From Candidatus Marinacidobacterales bacterium (lineage in GTDB: Bacteria; Acidobacteriota; Vicinamibacteria; Marinacidobacterales; SMYC01): DNA of 64,000 nt. Shown here one piece after another: positions 60,615 through 64,000 of the stretch. Position 1 is the stretch's first letter. The number at the start of each line of letters is the position of its first letter. Location of the stretch: assembly GCA_965237955.1 (NCBI GenBank), contig OZ250169.1:4480001-4544000 (forward strand). The letters run 5' to 3'. The position numbers and the translations under genes are program-made. Under the pieces are notes generated by a model that saw nothing but the letters and a program-made list of their open reading frames with translations, had not been told where the DNA came from and ran no database searches.

Positions 60615-61625
60615 TCAGGCTACCGCCGGTCTGACCTGCTCCGTTTGAAGCAGCCGGGCAAGGATACGAGCGGTATGGCAGTGGCAACTATGAGCTTTCT
60701 CGAAGAGCTCGGCAACGGTCATGGGCGAATGGAGACAGCCCCACACCTGGCGCGCGTCGGCCTGCCCTTCATCGTCGCTCCAATCCAATGCGTCCACGTT
60801 CCTCTGGATCACGGTGCTGTCCGCCGGCAGCTCTTCCAAGAGGACTTTGAGCTCGTCCTGGAGTCGCACGGAGTCCATCATCAGCGCCATCGCCGGCACG
60901 GTGATGCCCGGGTCAGGTCCGTCGGCGACGGACTCGGCACCTTTGCTTTCGAACAAAAACTCTCCCTCCGGCTCGGCTTGGAAGAGATGGTGCACCGCCT
61001 CGTCACCGTGGCGGTGTCCGTAGTGAGCTCTGAACACGTTCCCGTTCTGGAAGTAGAGCTGTGCGACCAGCTCCTTTCCGCTCGAGAGCGTCATCACGCC
61101 CGACTGGGACGCTCCGATCAAAGTCTGGACGATGGTCCCAAGGTCGAAGTATTTGAGATCGCCTTGGAGTTCTTTCTTCGATTGAGTGGGGAGGTCCTCG
61201 AGTACGCCGACGAGACGGTGGGCGAGAATCACAGCGAGCTGGCTCGCAAAACCCGGGTGGTTGGCCATGAGGTCTTCGAACAAAGCGCGATCGATCACGA
61301 GAAGCTCGGCCGTCTGCGGCACGCGCACGTCGGCGCTCCGCTCCGAGCTCGTTAGAAGCGCCATCTCGCCGAAGCTGTCACCTCGTCCGAGATAGGCGAG
61401 CGGTGGCCCGTCGGCAGGGTTGACGACTTCCACTACCCCGGTCTTGACGACGAACAGGCTGTCGCCAGGCTCGCCTCTCTTGACGACGAGCTCGCCGGCG
61501 CCGAGCTCGATGGTTTCGCCCTGGGTGACGATGGTGCGGATGACAGACTCGGGCATGTCTTCGAACAGAGCCGCCTCACGAAGAAAACCGATGTCGTCGA
61601 GCTCTCCGAAGTCTTCAGCGGTCAT
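60615..61625 (-). CDS. Cyclic-nucleotide-binding + DUF4388 domain protein
   Basis: GEPGDSLFVV, FGEMALL..ERSADV; LQGDLKYFDLGTIVQ...SGVMTL. Confidence 0.85.
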   Translation of the reverse strand: MTAEDFGELDDIGFLREAALFEDMPESVIRTIVTQGETIELGAGELVVKRGEPGDSLFVVKTGVVEVVNPADGPPLAYLGRGDSFGEMALLTSSERSADVRVPQTAELLVIDRALFEDLMANHPGFASQLAVILAHRLVGVLEDLPTQSKKELQGDLKYFDLGTIVQTLIGASQSGVMTLSSGKELVAQLYFQNGNVFRAHYGHRHGDEAVHHLFQAEPEGEFLFESKGAESVADGPDPGITVPAMALMMDSVRLQDELKVLLEELPADSTVIQRNVDALDWSDDEGQADARQVWGCLHSPMTVAELFEKAHSCHCHTARILARLLQTEQVRPAVA

Positions 61626-61888
61626 ACATTTCCTGTGTCTTGGAGGGGTACGAGCTCTCGCGCCGAGGCGGAGGATGACGATTATAACGATGGCAAAAGT
61701 GCACGGTCAAGGGGGAGGGGTATGCGGCCAATCGTTTAAGTAATGATAGACTAGATAGAGTCATGTCGAAGCAAGAGAACGAGGTCTTGTTCGCGATCTA
61801 CCTCTACGGGGTGACGTAGAGCTTCTCTCGACTCTCCCCCATTCCCCCTACATTATTATTACCGGTAACCCCTCGAGGAGAAACCAAG

Positions 61889-63208
61889 TTGACGCTGAAG
61901 CCCGCCGACGTCCATAGCGCGCTCGAGAAACACATGCTGGTCGATGGACTCGACCTGGTGTTCGATCTCGAGCGTTCTCAGGGCTCTCATATCTACGATA
62001 GCCGCAAGGGGCGGCGATTTGTCGATTTCTTTTCATTCTTTGCCACCAACCCCGTCGGTATCAACCATCCCAAGATGCGGGATCCCGACTTCATGAAACG
62101 CATGGCGGAGATCGCGATCCACAATCCGAGCAACTCGGATATTTACACGGTGCCGATGGCGCAGTTCGTCGAGACGTTCGCGCGTGTCGGCATCCCCGAA
62201 AGCCTGCCCCATCTGTTCATGGTCGGGGGTGGCTCCGTTGCCGTCGAGAACGCGCTCAAGACGGCTTTCGACTGGAAAGTGCGCAGAAATCGCGAGCGCG
62301 GTATTCCCGGCGACAAAGGTCAGCAAATCTTTCACTTCCAAGAAGCGTTCCATGGTCGAACGGGCTACTCGTTGTCGATGACCAACACCGCCGATCCGCG
62401 AAAGACGATGTACTTTCCCAAATTCGATTGGCCGCGGATCGTGAACCCGAAGATCACGTTTCCACTCGAAGAGGATCTCGACGCTGTCATCGCGCTCGAA
62501 AAACAAGCAGTCGAGCAAATACAACGAGCGATCGCCGACAACCCGAACGATATCGCCGGCCTTATCATCGAGCCGATTCAGGGCGAAGGCGGCGACAATC
62601 ATTTTCGTCCTGAGTTTTTCCAGAAGCTGCGCGAGCTCGCCGACGAGCACGAGTTCTTGTTGATAATAGACGAAGTTCAGACGGGCGTCGGGCTCACGGG
62701 AAAAATGTGGGCGTATGCGCACTACGGGATCGAGCCCGACATCCTCAGCTTCGGCAAGAAGGCGCAAGTGTGCGGCATTCTCGCGGGCCGACGTGTGGAC
62801 GAGGTGGAGCACAACGTCTTCTCCGAATCCATGCGCATCGGCTCCACGTGGGGCGGCAACCTCGTCGATATGGTGCGCTTCGGCCGCTATTTGGAGATTA
62901 TCGATGAGGAACGCCTCATCGACAACGCACGCGACGTGGGTGCTTACTTGCTCGAAAAGCTGTACGGGTTTCAGGCGGAGAGGCCCGAGCAGGTATCGAA
63001 CGCGCGCGGTCGGGGTCTCATGTGTGCCTTCGACTTGCCCGATGCCGACAAGCGCAATGAGTTCCTGAAGCTCGCGTTCGACAACGGGCTTTTGGTTCTC
63101 GGGTGCGGGGTACGCTCGATCCGGTTTCGCCCAGTGTTGAGTGTATCGAAAGAAGACATCGACCAGGGGTTTGCGATCGTCGGGCGCGTGCTTTCCAAGC
63201 TTGTTTGA
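61889..63208 (+). CDS. lat: L-lysine 6-transaminase (class III aminotransferase)
   Basis: AVENALKTAFDWK, FHGRTGY, EPIQGEGGD, DEVQTG, FGKK, STWGG. Confidence 0.9.
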   Translation: MTLKPADVHSALEKHMLVDGLDLVFDLERSQGSHIYDSRKGRRFVDFFSFFATNPVGINHPKMRDPDFMKRMAEIAIHNPSNSDIYTVPMAQFVETFARVGIPESLPHLFMVGGGSVAVENALKTAFDWKVRRNRERGIPGDKGQQIFHFQEAFHGRTGYSLSMTNTADPRKTMYFPKFDWPRIVNPKITFPLEEDLDAVIALEKQAVEQIQRAIADNPNDIAGLIIEPIQGEGGDNHFRPEFFQKLRELADEHEFLLIIDEVQTGVGLTGKMWAYAHYGIEPDILSFGKKAQVCGILAGRRVDEVEHNVFSESMRIGSTWGGNLVDMVRFGRYLEIIDEERLIDNARDVGAYLLEKLYGFQAERPEQVSNARGRGLMCAFDLPDADKRNEFLKLAFDNGLLVLGCGVRSIRFRPVLSVSKEDIDQGFAIVGRVLSKLV

Positions 63209-63222
63209 CCAAGCCCTCCAAG

Positions 63223-63251
63223 TTGACGGGTCGTCGGACGTTGCCTACAAT
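63223..63251 (+). promoter_or_regulatory. sigma70-type promoter TTGACG-N17-TACAAT
   Basis: Upstream of the 63305 ORF. Confidence 0.6.
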
Positions 63252-63304
63252 GACGTATAAAGCCTGCTAGCGATTCAATTTAGGCGAAAGGGACGGCACA
63301 CAGC

Positions 63305-63520
63305 ATGGACGAGCAGAATCATGTACGGGTCTACAACGAGGCCCTCGGGGTCAAAGGAGCCAAAGGCAAGCTCCTTCAAATCCACAGCGACGGCTATTAC
63401 GAGATCGCGCTCGAGGTCAAAGAACGCTTCTATCAGGCTTTGGTGCCCATCAACAGCACCGTGCTGCTTTCCGCCGAGCCCATCGTCGCGACCGAGAGCA
63501 TCACCGTCGATCGTTACTGA
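63305..63520 (+). CDS. Small hypothetical protein
   Basis: 71 aa, with its own promoter. Confidence 0.6.
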   Translation: MDEQNHVRVYNEALGVKGAKGKLLQIHSDGYYEIALEVKERFYQALVPINSTVLLSAEPIVATESITVDRY

Positions 63521-64000
63521 CTGAAGCGGACCAGCGTCTCTAGGGTCGCCGCCGCCGCGACCGGTACCGTCAGGTTATCCGTCCCGTACACCGAGACGGT
63601 CTCGACCGACGCCGCCACGGTTGCACCGATCAGCGCAAAGGCGACCGCCTGGTGCGAGTCGAGTCCACCGAGGATGGCGAGCACCGGCGCCATCGTGAGC
63701 CCCGAAGCCAGGAACAGGCTCAGCGTGCCCTCCATGGAGCGTGGATGGCCGAGGGTGCGGTACTTACGCGTCCCCAGCCGACGCCCTACTAGCGCCGCGG
63801 TCGTGTCCCCGAAACTCGCCGCGAAAATGCCAGCTACGGCCAGGTAGACGCGGTCGCCCCAAAACCACAGCAGCAACATCGCGCACGATAGCGGTAGCAG
63901 CACCGAGCCGAGGCTCGCACCATCGTCTTCGAGAGCCTCGAAAATCTCGAATCGAAACGACAGGTACATGACCGCGGCCAGGACCAGAAACGGAATCGCG
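63514..64000 (-). CDS. Phytol/dolichol kinase-like membrane protein, partial
   Basis: FGDTTAALVG, RSMEG, DNLTVP. Confidence 0.8.
   Translation of the reverse strand, partial: AIPFLVLAAVMYLSFRFEIFEALEDDGASLGSVLLPLSCAMLLLWFWGDRVYLAVAGIFAASFGDTTAALVGRRLGTRKYRTLGHPRSMEGTLSLFLASGLTMAPVLAILGGLDSHQAVAFALIGATVAASVETVSVYGTDNLTVPVAAAATLETLVRFSQ

Overview
A GC-rich bacterial window whose gene repertoire looks Acidobacteriota-like (inferred from the Oar-type TonB-dependent receptor, TPR proteins, kinase-PD40 relics and DUF4388). It alternates between intact housekeeping blocks and two rearranged accessory zones. The housekeeping blocks are about 17.7-32.7 kb (TonB-dependent receptor, D-aminoacylase, bfd-bfr, lipid kinase, PfkB, dynamin-like GTPase, amidase, trmL, methylmalonyl-CoA mutase, oppD) and about 51.9-64 kb (phosphomannomutase, M20 hydrolase, ZIP, LytS/LytTR, cNMP-DUF4388, lat). 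Zone 1 (about 0.9-17.7 kb) holds toxin-antitoxin modules, gene relics, a two-component system beside a TPR + 3x secretin-N0 protein, an integrase-core IS and a decayed beta-barrel/pseudokinase operon. Zone 2 (about 32.8-51.9 kb) truncates oppF and carries IS3, 2x ISL3, 2+ IS5, IS91, IS110 and integrase-core elements around lower-GC cargo (ArgE, GH43, GH3) and an ActP-like symporter. The most notable signal is a recurring IS91/ISCR oriIS-like end (minus strand ...TTTCCTAT..) at four gene junctions. One copy lies downstream of an IS91 transposase relic, and two bound a 341-bp duplication carrying a captured gene fragment, which suggests Helitron-like rolling-circle fragment shuffling. Two strongly structured non-coding regions (about 35.95-36.27 kb and 57.29-57.48 kb) and an IS110 left end are also flagged. 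No rRNA, tRNA or CRISPR array was seen. All family calls come from motif recognition by eye, not from database searches.
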